Below, one piece after another: positions 29,136 to 39,210 of a stretch of 64,000 nt of DNA. Source of the DNA: Candidatus Eiseniibacteriota bacterium (GTDB lineage Bacteria; Eisenbacteria; RBG-16-71-46; JABDJR01). The notes beneath the pieces are model-generated. The model had not been told where the DNA came from, did no database searches, and worked only from the letters and a program-made list of their open reading frames with translations. Within the stretch, counting starts at the first letter, position 1. Each line of letters begins with the position of its first letter. The stretch is from the NCBI GenBank assembly GCA_963762255.1, contig CAVXKA010000002.1, positions 384,001-448,000 on the forward strand, in the 5' to 3' direction. The position numbers and the translations under genes were made by a program.

Positions 29136-30199
29136 CAGCGCCCTTCTTCCGACAGCGCGCGCTCGTAGACGGCAGCGGTGGCGTCCACGCAGCGTTCCAG
29201 CGTGAAGCGCTCGATGAATGCGCGTCGCGCGGCCGTAGACCATGCGGTCACGCACGCGGGTTCGCGCCGCAGGCCGACGATCACCTCCGCCCAGACCCGC
29301 GGATCGGGATTCAGCAGGCGCCCCGTCGTCCCGTCATCCACCACCTCGTCCATCCCGGGGATGTCGCAGGCGAGCACTCCGCGCCCCGCCGCCATCGCCT
29401 CCAAGACCGCCAGCGGCATCCCCTCGAGACGCGAGGGAAGCGCCAACACGTCGATCGAGGTCAAGAACTCGGCGGGGTCGCTCACGCGTCCGAGGAACCG
29501 CACTCGGTCGGCCACGCCAAGACCCCGCGCGCGCTCCTCGAGCCACGCCCGAAGCGGGCCGTCGCCGGCGATGTCGAGCCGGGCTGTCCCTTCCCCGGAA
29601 AGCGCGAGCGCCTCAAGCACGAGTTCCACGCGTTTGCGCGGCTCGAGCGAGCAGAGCACGCCAAGCCGCAGCGCGCCGTTCGGTGCGGGGAGAGCGCACG
29701 GGGCACCTGGATCGGGAACGCCGTTTGGCACGACCACCACGCGGTCGGCGGGGAACCCTTCGGCGAGAAGCGCGTTGCGACTGGCGCGACTCACCACGAT
29801 CGCCGTCCGAATCGCGCCTGCGGTACGCAGCTTGAGCCAGCGGCGGCGGCGCGAGCGCGGGAGAAGGGTCAGGTGCTCGGTCGTGATCACCGGCTTGGCC
29901 ACCGACGCGCGAAGGCGCCACGGCAACCAACCCGAACCGCCGTCGTAGGTGGAGGGAATGTTGACGTGCACGATGTCGGGAGCCAGCGAGCGCGCGGCGC
30001 GCACCAACGAGGATGACGATGTCCAATACACGACCACCACCCCACGATGCTCGAGGCGGCCCCCCCACTCGCGTAGCACCTCCCGGTCCGGGACGGCCAG
30101 CACCGCGTCCCATGCGCGCAGGTTGAGGGCCAGGCGCTCGAGATACACCTCGGCGCCGCCGAACCCTCTTGCCTCCGAAACGAGGAGCACCCGCCTCAC
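29135..30199 (-). CDS. Glycosyltransferase family 4
   Basis: 'FGGAEVY', 'TTEH', 'VPNGV', 'PSRLEGMPLAVLEAMAAG'. Confidence 0.9.
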   Translation of the reverse strand: MRRVLLVSEARGFGGAEVYLERLALNLRAWDAVLAVPDREVLREWGGRLEHRGVVVVYWTSSSSLVRAARSLAPDIVHVNIPSTYDGGSGWLPWRLRASVAKPVITTEHLTLLPRSRRRRWLKLRTAGAIRTAIVVSRASRNALLAEGFPADRVVVVPNGVPDPGAPCALPAPNGALRLGVLCSLEPRKRVELVLEALALSGEGTARLDIAGDGPLRAWLEERARGLGVADRVRFLGRVSDPAEFLTSIDVLALPSRLEGMPLAVLEAMAAGRGVLACDIPGMDEVVDDGTTGRLLNPDPRVWAEVIVGLRREPACVTAWSTAARRAFIERFTLERCVDATAAVYERALSEEGR

Positions 30200-31698
30200 G
30201 GCGCGCCTTCGGTCATCGCGAAGCCGCGGATCTCCACCCCGGGAGCATTCCATCGCGCGATCTCCCCACCGCGCCTTTCCAGCATGTCCAGGAGGCGACC
30301 CCGAGGATCCTCGTACCAGAGCCGGCTACCCACCCACCACACACGCGGATGTCCGGATGCTAGACGATTCAGCCGGCCCACTCCCCCATCCTCCTCGCGA
30401 AAGTAGACCTCGAAGAAGGTCTCAGTATCCGCAGCACCTCGGTAGTAGCGCGCGAGCGGGCCGTTCACCCCCTGCTGAAGAACGAGATCCTCGGCAGCGG
30501 CATGAGTCTCCAGGAAGCGGGCCGCGCCTCGGAAGTCCTCGCGCGCATAGCGCGCGTCGAAGGTCTGACGCCCCCAACCCACGAGCATGCACACGATGAG
30601 CGCCCCACCGACGAGCACACCCAACCCTCGGCGCGCGCGCGCCATCCGCACGATCCCCTCGGCCAGCAGCAGGATGAACACCGGTTGCGACGCTGCCGCG
30701 TAACGGGGGTTGTAGGCCTTGAGCCCCAGCGCCGCCACCGCGGCGATACCGAGCGCGGGCAGAAAAGCCCACCAGAAGAGCCGCCGGATCTCCGGTTCAC
30801 GCAACCCCCGAGCCGCCGCCGCCAGCGCGGTCCCGGCCGCCAGAGCCGCCAGCGCGAGCCAATGCAAATGCGGTCGGAAGAGCGAGGCGGTGAGCGCGCC
30901 GTGCAGCTCGCGCAGCGGCGGGCCGAGCCCGTATCCACCGACGAAGGTGGCGTAGGTGAAGGGCAGCGCGCCGGGATGGAAAGCGCCTCCGGCCCGCAAC
31001 GGCTCCGTGCCGCTGCCCGGCACGACCTCGCTCCACACCACGTGACCCGCGAACTCCACCCACAGCCACGGCAAGGCCACGAGAATCGCTATCGCCGCGG
31101 CCAGGAGCCAGAGCTTCAGCGATCCCCGTCGATCGAAGAGCAGCGCGACTCCGAGCGCGGGGAGGAGAACGATCGCGCTCAGGTTGCACAGGAAGAGCGC
31201 GGCCAGCGCGGCGGCGTGCCAGGCCCATGCCGCGCGACAGGGCCGCTCCCACAGACGCACGAACGTCCAGAGCGTGAGCGCGGAGGCGGCGAGCAAGTAG
31301 GCGTAGCCGCGCACTTCCTGCGAATACCAGATGTGGAAGGGCGAGAGCGCGAGCAGCCAGGTCGCAAGGAGAGCGGCTCGTGGGAGCGCGCGGCGAAAGG
31401 CGAGCGTGGCCAAGCCGAGCCCGAGCACACCCCCGACCGCCGCCCACGAGCGTAGAGAGAGGTCGCCCGCCCCGGCGACCGACGTCCATGCGCGCAGGAG
31501 CATGTGAGGGAGCGGGCCCTGGGGGTTGACGAGCACGTCGTGCCAGCGGAAGGGCTCGCCGATCGAGGCTCCCTGCAAGGTCAGGAGCTCATCGATCCAG
31601 AGCGGCTGACGCGTGAGGCCGAACAGACGAAGACCGGCGCCAACCAGGAGGGCCAGAACCCAGGGGAGCCAAAACGCACCGGATTGGAAAGAACGCAC
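30196..31698 (-). CDS. PMT/ArnT-like (GT-C) membrane glycosyltransferase; start approximate
   Basis: 'LRLFGLTRQPLWIDELLT', 'SPFHIWYSQEVRGY', multiple TM helices, 'REDFRGAARFL'. Confidence 0.82.
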   Translation of the reverse strand: MRSFQSGAFWLPWVLALLVGAGLRLFGLTRQPLWIDELLTLQGASIGEPFRWHDVLVNPQGPLPHMLLRAWTSVAGAGDLSLRSWAAVGGVLGLGLATLAFRRALPRAALLATWLLALSPFHIWYSQEVRGYAYLLAASALTLWTFVRLWERPCRAAWAWHAAALAALFLCNLSAIVLLPALGVALLFDRRGSLKLWLLAAAIAILVALPWLWVEFAGHVVWSEVVPGSGTEPLRAGGAFHPGALPFTYATFVGGYGLGPPLRELHGALTASLFRPHLHWLALAALAAGTALAAAARGLREPEIRRLFWWAFLPALGIAAVAALGLKAYNPRYAAASQPVFILLLAEGIVRMARARRGLGVLVGGALIVCMLVGWGRQTFDARYAREDFRGAARFLETHAAAEDLVLQQGVNGPLARYYRGAADTETFFEVYFREEDGGVGRLNRLASGHPRVWWVGSRLWYEDPRGRLLDMLERRGGEIARWNAPGVEIRGFAMTEGAP

Positions 31699-31739
31699 GA
31701 CCTTAGACAGAGCGCTCCTCGGCGTCTCCCCCCGAGCTG

Positions 31740-32525
31740 TCAGTACGCGCCGTCTCGCGATAGAACGGCGGGAATGGTGCGGAGCAGGATCTTGAGATCC
31801 AGGAGAAAAGACTGGTGTTGGATGTACTGGATATCCAGGCGCATCCACTCGTCAAAGCCGAGTTTGCTGCGCCCCGAGATCTGCCAGAGACACGTGATGC
31901 CCGGTTTCACGTCCAGGCGCCGCCTCTGCCAGGGTTCGTACTTTTCGACTTCCTCAGGAATCGGGGGCCGCGGACCCACCAGCGACATGTCCCCCCGCAG
32001 GACGTTGATGAGCTGGGGCAGCTCGTCAATGGAGGTTCGCCGAAGGAACCGCCCGATCAGCGTCACCCTCGGATCGTTGGCGATTTTGAAGACGGGGCCC
32101 TCCGCCTCGTTGAGATGGAGGATGAAATTGCGGGACTCGTGGGCGCCGTCCACCATGCTGCGAAACTTGTAGAAGATGAACGGTTTCTGGTGCTGGCCCA
32201 GCCGGATCGAGCGATAGAGAATGGGGCCGCGCGAATTGAGCTTGATGGCCAGCGCAATCAGCGGGATGAACGGCAGACACAGAACGAGGGCGACAGCGCT
32301 CCCCACAACGTCCATGAATCGCTTCCCGTACCGTTGGTAGAGCGCGTCTTGTCTGGCCAGCGATCCCGCGGCCAGCGTCGCAGGTGGGGGCAGGTCCGCC
32401 TTGACCCGGGCCGCGCTCGCCCTCGCGGGTTTCGCGGCCACAACGGCCTCCGCTCCCTTCATGCCTGGAAGGAAGGCGCTTTGGGAATCCCTCTGGGCCG
32501 GCTTGTACATAGGTTGCCCGCTCAT
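31740..32525 (-). CDS. Priming (undecaprenyl-phosphate) sugar-phosphate transferase, short type
   Basis: 'KRFMDVVGS', 'YKFRSM', 'DPRVTLIGRFLRRTSIDELPQLINVLRGDMSLVGPRP', 'KPGITCLWQISGR'. Confidence 0.93.
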   Translation of the reverse strand: MSGQPMYKPAQRDSQSAFLPGMKGAEAVVAAKPARASAARVKADLPPPATLAAGSLARQDALYQRYGKRFMDVVGSAVALVLCLPFIPLIALAIKLNSRGPILYRSIRLGQHQKPFIFYKFRSMVDGAHESRNFILHLNEAEGPVFKIANDPRVTLIGRFLRRTSIDELPQLINVLRGDMSLVGPRPPIPEEVEKYEPWQRRRLDVKPGITCLWQISGRSKLGFDEWMRLDIQYIQHQSFLLDLKILLRTIPAVLSRDGAY

Positions 32526-32983
32526 GTTGCGCTCGGCGAGAAAGGGGACACCCAGAGGAGCGAACCGCTGGCGAGCCCGCCGCAGATCGAGAAGCTCAGA
32601 AACACCCCCCCCGGAATCATGCGCGCAGGGCACTGCCTGGTTGCCGGTGGAGATGGGTAGACGTGTGTTTGGGCTCGCACTGGTGATTGATCGGGACTCC
32701 GGCTTGCCGCTCTGTTTCCCGCCCCGTTCCGACGCAGGAAAAAGGTCCAATCCAAGGTGCACGGTTCTGAGACGCCGCGGTCGACCTGTTTCCGCCCCGG
32801 AAGGTCGACCCAAAGTGCTTGGCCGCCGCCCGGGTTGGAAGCTGCTAGTTACCCTAGCGATGCTGCGCTGTAGCCAGTTGGAATCCCGTCAATCACCCCC
32901 GTCCAAACCGTCCGTAAGGAGGTCGAGGAGCCGGGTCGTCGGGGCCGGCCGGTTCGGGCCAAACCCAACTTCCACGTGTCAAA

Positions 32984-33013
32984 ATGATAGCAGGGTCGGC
33001 AAGCGGGGGTCAA
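32984..33013 (-). promoter_or_regulatory. Sigma70-type promoter with extended -10 for the priming-GT operon
   Basis: Minus strand TTGACC-18nt-TATCAT with TGn directly before the -10. Confidence 0.55.
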
Positions 33014-33073
33014 CTGCGATCTTAAGATCTTGTTAAGTCCAGAACCTTCTGCGTGTCCATCGCTTCGCCCCGA

Positions 33074-35536
33074 TCACCGCACGTCGACCGTGTCAATCCA
33101 TGCCCCCTGCCACCGCCCCTGTTCGCTCCAGATGTCGCGCCATGCAATGCGCGTGAACATGGGCTGCTCGACCACACGTACCGAGGCGGCGTATCGACCC
33201 GGGGGCAGCTCGGCGGGCAGGACGACCCGCGGGGAATCGGCGACCGCCGCCATACGCGGCCAGGATGTAGCGGGCCACGCGCCCAGGAACGGAGGAAGGA
33301 TCACTCGAAGGGGTGCTCGCATCTCGCGTTCCCCTCGGGTCAGGATCCCGATCACCCGATTCGCCTTGCCCGGCGTGGAGAAGTCCAGAGGTCGGAGTTT
33401 GAGATGCGCCTCCACGGGCCACCCCTCCCCGCTGCCGTCCCGCGTCCACCAGAACACCAGGGTCGCCTCGCGCCCTCGCGTGAAGGCAATCGGCATCTGA
33501 ACCGCTCTCAGACGCACGCCCCTCGCGGCGCCGTCGACGACGGAGACCGCATCGCCTCGCGGCTCGCCGAGCGCGGGGGGAAAGACCGGCGGACGACCCG
33601 ACGGTTCGCCGGTATCCGCCACGCGGTAGAGTCGCCAGCCTGGCGAGCGCCCCGCCTCGGTGAAGATCGGCGTCGCCTCCGAGAACTTCGCCGCGCGGGC
33701 GGCGTCCAGGACTCCCCCGCCGACGGCGCCGAATTCCCGGCGAAGCGGCTCGTCCCCCCCGTCCGCCACCAGAACATAGCGGGCATGCACCGCCCGTAGC
33801 CGGGCGCCCGCGTCATCCGCAGACAGCGATGGACTCAAGATCGCGTTCAGGGTGTTGAGTCGATGGAGCCCCGACGGATCGAGCGGGTGTCCGTGCTGGT
33901 GATTGACCGTGATGGGATCGTGGGGAGTCTCGGCCGCGATCAGGGAGGAAACCCACGGATCGGCTGCCACCACCTCGCGGCCTGGAATGGCGCGGAGCAA
34001 TTCGAGCGCGCCGTCGACACCCTCGGGACGCCAGCCGGCAACGCGGCCGGGAGAGAAAGCGCCCAGCGCTCCCGGGAGCGCCACGACGAGGAGAATCGCC
34101 AGGATCGGGCGCAGACCTCCGACGCGTCCCTTCCAGGAACCGGTGACAAGCGCAGCGAGAACGAAGAAGAAGGGGTTGAGATAGAGCAGCTTAATCGGGA
34201 GCGAGCTGGTGAAACGTGCGGCGATATCGAAGAGCCCGGGAAGCACTGCGAACAGGATCGACGCGGCGGCGGCCGCGCGCAAGTACGCGCGTCCGACGGT
34301 GTCTCCCAGCGATCGCGCTGCGGGCTCGACGAGCAGGAGTCCGAGGAGCCCCAGCCAACCCAAGCCGCGGTGAATCTCGGGAGGCCACAGCATGCTCGTC
34401 CATGGGCCGAGAGTCAGGACCGGCATCGTCTGCCGATGAAGCGGGTTGACCTCGCCCATGGCTTCACTGAGCCGCCATACCAGGACCGGCGCTGCGATGA
34501 CCAGAGCGGCGGACAGCGCAGCGACGATGCGCAGGCACCGAATCCGATCACGCATCAAGAGGAGAAGCATGAGCAGCGCCGGGAGAAACACAAAGGCGGG
34601 CGCCATCGGGTGAACGGCGGCTGAGACCAGCGTCAGCACGCCGAAGAGGATCACCCCGGAGCGTTGAAAATCTCCCACAAGTTCGAGCAGGACGCTGGTG
34701 CTCACCCACGCGACGGCGAGCCCCAGGTGCGCGCCATAGCCGAGCCGAACCACCCAGGCGCCCCCTTCCCCACCGACGAAGACGAAGGCCAATCCGGCAG
34801 ACAGGATCGCGCCACGCCACCGCAGGCCGAGACGCAGCGCCAACACGAGGAGGCCGGCCAGCCAGGACAGAACCAGCACCGCCGGAGCCGCCCGCCATAT
34901 CGATCTGGCAGGAACGTCGGCGAGCGCCGCGGCGAGAGCAAGCCCGACGGAGAATATCCCCTTGCGCGGATCGGTGCGATCGACCTCTCCCGGCGGTACG
35001 AGTCCCTGGCGAGGGAAGAACTCCCCGGTATCGAGGATCTCGTTCACGGTGGCCATATGATCGGGCCCGTCGGTGCCGGGACCCACGGGCGCCCCGGCGC
35101 GGGCGGTCAGGATCACGGCCACGAGCAGGATGCCCAGAAATACGATCGAGGCCCAGCGGGGCGGTGCCTCCTCCGCCTCTCTGCGCCACGCCAGCACCAG
35201 CGAGGCCAGCGCGACCGCGAAGACTCCGAAGAGGTAGGCCGCACCGAGTGGAAGCACTCCCCAACCCAGTGCCCATCCGAACGCGGCGGTTGCGAGCACC
35301 GGGAGAAGCGAGAGGGGCGTGGCCAGAGCCGCCACTGCCGGCCAACCCCCGCGCGCGGCCCCCGGCCATAGAAGCGCCAGGGCCGCACCGGGGATCACGA
35401 AGACGGAAACGAGCGCCGCGGCGGCGCGAACCGGCCAAGGGCATCCGAGGGGGCGCGCCAGAGCCAACAACGCGATGCTCAGCAGAAAGAACAGCAGGAG
35501 CGGGAGACGTTCCCGCCGCGCAATCGCCGCGTTCAC
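33074..35536 (-). CDS. Large polytopic membrane protein, probable GT-C fold, with C-terminal soluble domain
   Basis: More than 12 hydrophobic helices, loop 'GTDGPDHMATV', 'DPRKGIF', 'VHP', 'VVAADP', then a beta-rich C-terminus. GTG overlaps the upstream stop. Confidence 0.65.
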   Translation of the reverse strand: MNAAIARRERLPLLLFFLLSIALLALARPLGCPWPVRAAAALVSVFVIPGAALALLWPGAARGGWPAVAALATPLSLLPVLATAAFGWALGWGVLPLGAAYLFGVFAVALASLVLAWRREAEEAPPRWASIVFLGILLVAVILTARAGAPVGPGTDGPDHMATVNEILDTGEFFPRQGLVPPGEVDRTDPRKGIFSVGLALAAALADVPARSIWRAAPAVLVLSWLAGLLVLALRLGLRWRGAILSAGLAFVFVGGEGGAWVVRLGYGAHLGLAVAWVSTSVLLELVGDFQRSGVILFGVLTLVSAAVHPMAPAFVFLPALLMLLLLMRDRIRCLRIVAALSAALVIAAPVLVWRLSEAMGEVNPLHRQTMPVLTLGPWTSMLWPPEIHRGLGWLGLLGLLLVEPAARSLGDTVGRAYLRAAAAASILFAVLPGLFDIAARFTSSLPIKLLYLNPFFFVLAALVTGSWKGRVGGLRPILAILLVVALPGALGAFSPGRVAGWRPEGVDGALELLRAIPGREVVAADPWVSSLIAAETPHDPITVNHQHGHPLDPSGLHRLNTLNAILSPSLSADDAGARLRAVHARYVLVADGGDEPLRREFGAVGGGVLDAARAAKFSEATPIFTEAGRSPGWRLYRVADTGEPSGRPPVFPPALGEPRGDAVSVVDGAARGVRLRAVQMPIAFTRGREATLVFWWTRDGSGEGWPVEAHLKLRPLDFSTPGKANRVIGILTRGEREMRAPLRVILPPFLGAWPATSWPRMAAVADSPRVVLPAELPPGRYAASVRVVEQPMFTRIAWRDIWSEQGRWQGAWIDTVDVR

Positions 35537-36534
35537 GGCGCCGCCCCGGGTACCTCCTCTCTCACGGCGCGCGTGAGCGAGAAGCGCTCGCGGCGAAGGT
35601 GGTAGAGCCCGAGCAGCGTAATGGGGATGAACGAGATCGCATGGTAGTAGAGCGCGTAGCTTGCCGCGATGGAGCGGGTCACCCCGTCCTTCTCGAAGAG
35701 CATCATGCCGTAGATGGCCGCCCACTCGAAGGGCCCCACAAAACCGGGAGCGGAGGGGGCCATCACGGCCAGGGCCGTGAGCACGAGCAGGACGACTCCT
35801 GCCTGGATGGGAAGGTGCAAGCCGAACGCAAAGAACGCCAGGTAGTAGCTGAGCGTCACCACCAGCCACACTAGCACCGAGAGCGCGGTGATCCACAGGA
35901 GTCTGCGCCCCCGGGCAAGCACCTCGAACCCGTCCACGAAGCGGTGGAGGAGCCCGCTCACACGCCGGCTGTGGCGCTCGGGGAGCGGAGAGGCGAGCAC
36001 CTCGAAGAAGCGAAGGGTGGCGGCCCGCTTCCAACGCAGAAACAGCATCGCCACGAAGAGGATCACGCAGGCCGCGAGGGCCACGTATCCGGCCGCTTGG
36101 AACTTCGGATCGAACTTGTACCAGGGGAGAAGCAGCGCCAGAAAGAACAGGATGGCCAGAAGGTCGAACGCGCGCTCGACCACGATGGTGGCGAAGGCGC
36201 TGCTCTTGGAAACACCGGAGCTGTGACCGACGGCGTACGCGCGGACGATTTCCCCGAGCCGCGCCGGATAGATGTTGTTGGCCATGAACCCGATCATCGT
36301 CGCGGCATACGCCTTACCAAGCGGGACGTGTCGGATCGGCTCCAGCATAAGCTTCCAACGGTAGGCGCGAAGCCAGATAGAGAACACGGTGACCAGCACG
36401 ACCGGGATCGACCACCAGTAGTTGGCTTCGCGTAGCGCGGTCATGGTGTTGGCGAAGTCGATGTCCTTGAAGGCGAAGTAGAGGCACACCACGGTCACCA
36501 GGGCTCCGAGGATATTCAACCAATAGCGCTTCAT
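35533..36534 (-). CDS. Lysylphosphatidylglycerol-synthase TM domain (UPF0104) flippase-like protein
   Basis: 'LRAYRWKLML', 'GFMANNIYPARLGEIVRA', 'ATIVVERAFD', 'PSAPGFVGPFE'. Confidence 0.9.
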   Translation of the reverse strand: MKRYWLNILGALVTVVCLYFAFKDIDFANTMTALREANYWWSIPVVLVTVFSIWLRAYRWKLMLEPIRHVPLGKAYAATMIGFMANNIYPARLGEIVRAYAVGHSSGVSKSSAFATIVVERAFDLLAILFFLALLLPWYKFDPKFQAAGYVALAACVILFVAMLFLRWKRAATLRFFEVLASPLPERHSRRVSGLLHRFVDGFEVLARGRRLLWITALSVLVWLVVTLSYYLAFFAFGLHLPIQAGVVLLVLTALAVMAPSAPGFVGPFEWAAIYGMMLFEKDGVTRSIAASYALYYHAISFIPITLLGLYHLRRERFSLTRAVREEVPGAAP

Positions 36535-38075
36535 TGCCTCTCCTTGACCGGCCGCCCCACCAGGATTGGCTCGATCCGGTTCCAGATCTCGGGGTTCACA
36601 CGCTCGATCAGGGAGCGCTCTGACGGTCCCAGCACGCGGAACACCCTCAGCCCCGCCCAGAAGATCAGAATCCCCGCCAGTACGAACACGGCCAGGGCCG
36701 CCGGACTCCTCACCCACCCCCGAAGCGGCCAGAGAAGGAGCATGCCCCCCGAGGCCGCGTAGATCCGTCCGAGGAACCCCCAGGGCAATCGCAGGCGCAC
36801 CCCCATGCGCCGGAGCACCCAGAGGTAGGGAACGGGAGACACCAGAATCACCAGCGACACCGGAATCACCGCGCCCCACAGTCCATAGCGCGGGATGAGC
36901 AGGATGTCGAGCCCCACATTCACCGTAGCGTTGACCGCATAGATGCCGAGCCCCAGCCAAGGACGCTCCAGCACGTACAGCACCATGCTGAGCGGCGTGG
37001 ACAGGAACGAGACGCTGAAGATGAGGAAAAAGACCTGGCAAATCGCACCCGCCTCAAGGAACTCTCCTCCATAGAGAAGGTGAATGGCCAGATCTCCAGT
37101 CAGGATTCCCCCCACCGAGAGCGGGGCCACCAAGAGGAACAGGAGTTTATAGTACGCGCTCGTGGCGCGCTGCAAGGCGTCGCGATCGCGGGTGTAGATC
37201 TCCGAAAAGCCTGCCATGACCAGGGGCCAGATCGCCCCCGGTACGAACTCCAGGATCATCTGCGGGAAGCGGTACGCGAGGTCGAAGAACCCCGCCTCGG
37301 CGGCGCTCCGAAAGTGACCCAGGAAGAGCACTTCGCTCTGGCGCCAGGTGATGAGGTTGAGGATACCGATCACCAGGAAGGGGGCCGAGTAGCGTAGCGC
37401 CTTCCCGAAGCCAGCGCTCCCGTCCGGGGGCACGCACGCGCTCGCCGGGCCGGCGCCGAAGTACTTCGGCGCGCGCCGCAACAGCCAGAGAGCGAGGACT
37501 CCGTTGGACACGGCCGACGCCCAGAGCACCCCGGCCACACCCGCCCCGGACCACAGAAGAAATGCCACCACGGCGACGTACACCACGGTCGATACGACCA
37601 CGGCGGCGCTCACGCCCCGGGAATCGTAGTGGGCATTCGCGAACTGGGTGGCGGTGTTCCCCATCACCTCGGGAAGAAGGAGGGCGGTACCGAGCAGGAG
37701 CAGCCCCGCCACCGTGGGATTGCTGAGACTGCTGATCCACGGGCGGAGACCGGCGAACAGAGTGACCGCCACGAGCCACAACCCCGCCTGAAGAAGCAGG
37801 CTCAACGCGAGCGCGCGGCGGGCGCGGCGAGTTTCCCCGGAGAGACGCCACGCCGGGAGGTAGCGCAGAAGCCCCTGAGTGAGCCCGGCCCCTACGACGA
37901 TCCCCACGAACGCGAGCGTGGTCCGCAGAATGGCCAGCACGCCGTATTCATGAACACCGAGCCCTCGCACCACGAGAACCGAACCCACCAGCCCGAGCCC
38001 CATGCGCAGGAGCCGCGCGAGGACACCCCATCCCAATGCCCCGCCGAGCTTCTGGACGTGGTCCTCGCCGGTCAC
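36531..38075 (-). CDS. wzx: Wzx-type oligosaccharide flippase
   Basis: 'RGLGVHEYG', 'GFFDLAYR', 'LLYGGEF', 'NVGLDILLIPRYGLWGA'; ~12-14 TM helices. Confidence 0.85.
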   Translation of the reverse strand: MTGEDHVQKLGGALGWGVLARLLRMGLGLVGSVLVVRGLGVHEYGVLAILRTTLAFVGIVVGAGLTQGLLRYLPAWRLSGETRRARRALALSLLLQAGLWLVAVTLFAGLRPWISSLSNPTVAGLLLLGTALLLPEVMGNTATQFANAHYDSRGVSAAVVVSTVVYVAVVAFLLWSGAGVAGVLWASAVSNGVLALWLLRRAPKYFGAGPASACVPPDGSAGFGKALRYSAPFLVIGILNLITWRQSEVLFLGHFRSAAEAGFFDLAYRFPQMILEFVPGAIWPLVMAGFSEIYTRDRDALQRATSAYYKLLFLLVAPLSVGGILTGDLAIHLLYGGEFLEAGAICQVFFLIFSVSFLSTPLSMVLYVLERPWLGLGIYAVNATVNVGLDILLIPRYGLWGAVIPVSLVILVSPVPYLWVLRRMGVRLRLPWGFLGRIYAASGGMLLLWPLRGWVRSPAALAVFVLAGILIFWAGLRVFRVLGPSERSLIERVNPEIWNRIEPILVGRPVKERQ

Positions 38076-39202
38076 ACGCCCTCCGCGATCCGTCGTCGCA
38101 ACGCGGGGAGCACGGCGGTGATGTGGTCGGCGGAAAGGGAGATCTCGCGGTCGGATAGGAAGCAGGCATCCGAAGTGGGATCCGCGGGGTCGTATCCGTG
38201 CATAGCGGCCAGGGGCGCGCGCCCCATATCGCTGGGGAGGATCAGCTCCCCGGGGTCGGCGACGAAGAAGTGGTCTCCATATTCCCGGTCCCGGAAACGC
38301 ACCCTCCAAGCATCCAGGGTCGGCTGATCGAGGACGCGCCCCCACGGGCGACTCTTCAGGACGGCCAGCAACCGCCCTGGCTCCCGCACGTCCCAGAAAC
38401 GAGCCACCGTGGAGTCGAAGAAACCGCGGTAGTCCCTCCCCCGCACGAGACCTTCGGCGGCAAGTTCGCCCATCAGGTCGCGATGCCCTGTGATGTCGGT
38501 CATCCCATGATCCGAGAAGAGCGTCACGCCGAGCGGACCGCGGGCTTCGAGCTCCCGGATGAAGGCACCCAGGTTTCCCTCCAGCTCGCGTACCGTCCGG
38601 TCCAACTCCACATGCTGCGTCCCCACCCGGTGTTGGACGCTATCGATTTCGGTGAGGTAAAGAACGAGGACTTCGGGAGTTTCCCGCTCCACCGCCGCTC
38701 GCGCTCGCACCAATTTCTCGGCGTCGCTCACCCGCCAGTCGGAAACGTGATACCGCAGTCCTCCGGTCTCAAGGTGATCGATCAGGCTGGGAGTCCCGGG
38801 AAACGCCCCGGGAGCCCAGGTATCCGCACGCTCCACCGGCTCCAACTCCGCCAGGATCTCCAGGGGAATGCTGTACAGGCTGAAATATCCTCGTATGTCG
38901 TACTTATTCTTCCAGTACTCCTGGAGGCGGCAGCGCACGCGCCACCGCTCCCCGGGCCGGCCCGGCAGACGGGCGATCCACCGACCCGCGCGGAACGGAG
39001 AGGTCTTCCGCGCCCGGCGATAGAGGAACCAGTGGCCGTGTTCCTCGGGCCACGCGCCGGTGAGCAGCGAGGGAATCGCCGTGCTGCTGTACCCGAACAC
39101 GGTGGCGAGCCGGCGGCGATGAGGCAGGCGCTTGGCCATGAATCCGGTGCGCTCGACGGTGAGCCACCCCAACGCATCCACCAGCACGATGAGCTGAGTC
39201 AC
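38072..39202 (-). CDS. Alkaline-phosphatase superfamily (nucleotide pyrophosphatase/phosphodiesterase-like), no signal peptide
   Basis: 'LVDALGW', 'GYSSTAIPSLLTG', 'EIDSVQH', 'FSDHGM', 'MHGY'. GGAGG SD before GTG 39202. Confidence 0.85.
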   Translation of the reverse strand: MTQLIVLVDALGWLTVERTGFMAKRLPHRRRLATVFGYSSTAIPSLLTGAWPEEHGHWFLYRRARKTSPFRAGRWIARLPGRPGERWRVRCRLQEYWKNKYDIRGYFSLYSIPLEILAELEPVERADTWAPGAFPGTPSLIDHLETGGLRYHVSDWRVSDAEKLVRARAAVERETPEVLVLYLTEIDSVQHRVGTQHVELDRTVRELEGNLGAFIRELEARGPLGVTLFSDHGMTDITGHRDLMGELAAEGLVRGRDYRGFFDSTVARFWDVREPGRLLAVLKSRPWGRVLDQPTLDAWRVRFRDREYGDHFFVADPGELILPSDMGRAPLAAMHGYDPADPTSDACFLSDREISLSADHITAVLPALRRRIAEGV

Positions 39203-39210
39203 CCCGCCTC

